Shown in pieces: positions 63,646-64,000 of a stretch of DNA of 64,000 nt (its first letter is position 1; each line of letters begins with the position of its first letter). The notes beneath the pieces were generated by a model. The model was not told where the DNA came from. It saw nothing but the letters and a program-made list of their open reading frames with translations, and did no database searches. The DNA comes from Camelus ferus (lineage: Eukaryota). The stretch covers positions 31,064,001 to 31,128,000 of the forward strand of contig NC_045696.1 in the NCBI RefSeq assembly GCF_009834535.1. Direction: 5' to 3'. The position numbers were made by a program, and so were the translations under genes.

Positions 63646-64000
63646 TGACATTGTCACCTCAATGTCAGTTGAGAAATCACTCAGAACCCTCAGTTAATAA
63701 GTTAATTTATATTTTCATTACAAAGTTCCATTTGTCAGAAGGAACTACAAAATATCAGTAATATGTATTTTTATAGTAGCTAAATAAAAAAAACTATAAA
63801 ATCCAGGTATTATACTGGAAGAAAAGGAAAATATAAGAACTTAAAAAGCAAACAAAAAAAGTAAACACTTTATGGCTCCAGACACAGATGGGCATTAGAA
63901 ATTGCATCTTGTCAGGCATCATATTTACAGTTATAAAAATGAATAACTGGAGATCCAAGAAATTGTTAAGAAAAAAAAATGGAGAAGTACTCCTATGCAT

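Noticed and set aside
1..64000. CRISPR arrays, operons, tRNA/rRNA genes, tRNA-derived lineage SINEs, CpG island
   Set aside because: None seen; the sequence is mammalian non-coding DNA.

Overview
This window is AT-rich, CpG-depleted placental-mammal genomic DNA, intergenic or deep intronic. The younger L1 3' ends at 16.4 kb and 18.4 kb resemble cetartiodactyl, probably camelid, L1; that lineage call is inferred from recalled consensus sequences. I recognise no protein-coding gene, and the supplied ORFs are explained by chance, microsatellites or repeats. Most interpretable sequence is decayed transposable elements: MIR, L2, old and younger L1, MaLR/ERVL/ERV1 LTRs, an ERVL integrase/dUTPase remnant and hAT DNA transposons (MER5, MER81, MER45, Charlie). 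Four nested insertions are visible. Family names come from recalled consensus sequences, not a database search, so subfamilies and boundaries are approximate. The most notable items are: (1) a young 124-nt LTR-like polyadenylated insert with a perfect 15-bp TSD at 44437-44590; (2) a candidate 11-nt minus-strand micro-exon at 17708-17718, plus weaker minus-strand exon candidates; (3) a tailless L1 fragment with twin-priming inversion geometry at 28402-28578; (4) a CTCF-like motif inside the ERVL dUTPase remnant; (5) a dense transcription-factor motif cluster near 40.0 kb. I cannot support a claim of a new biological system from this sequence alone.
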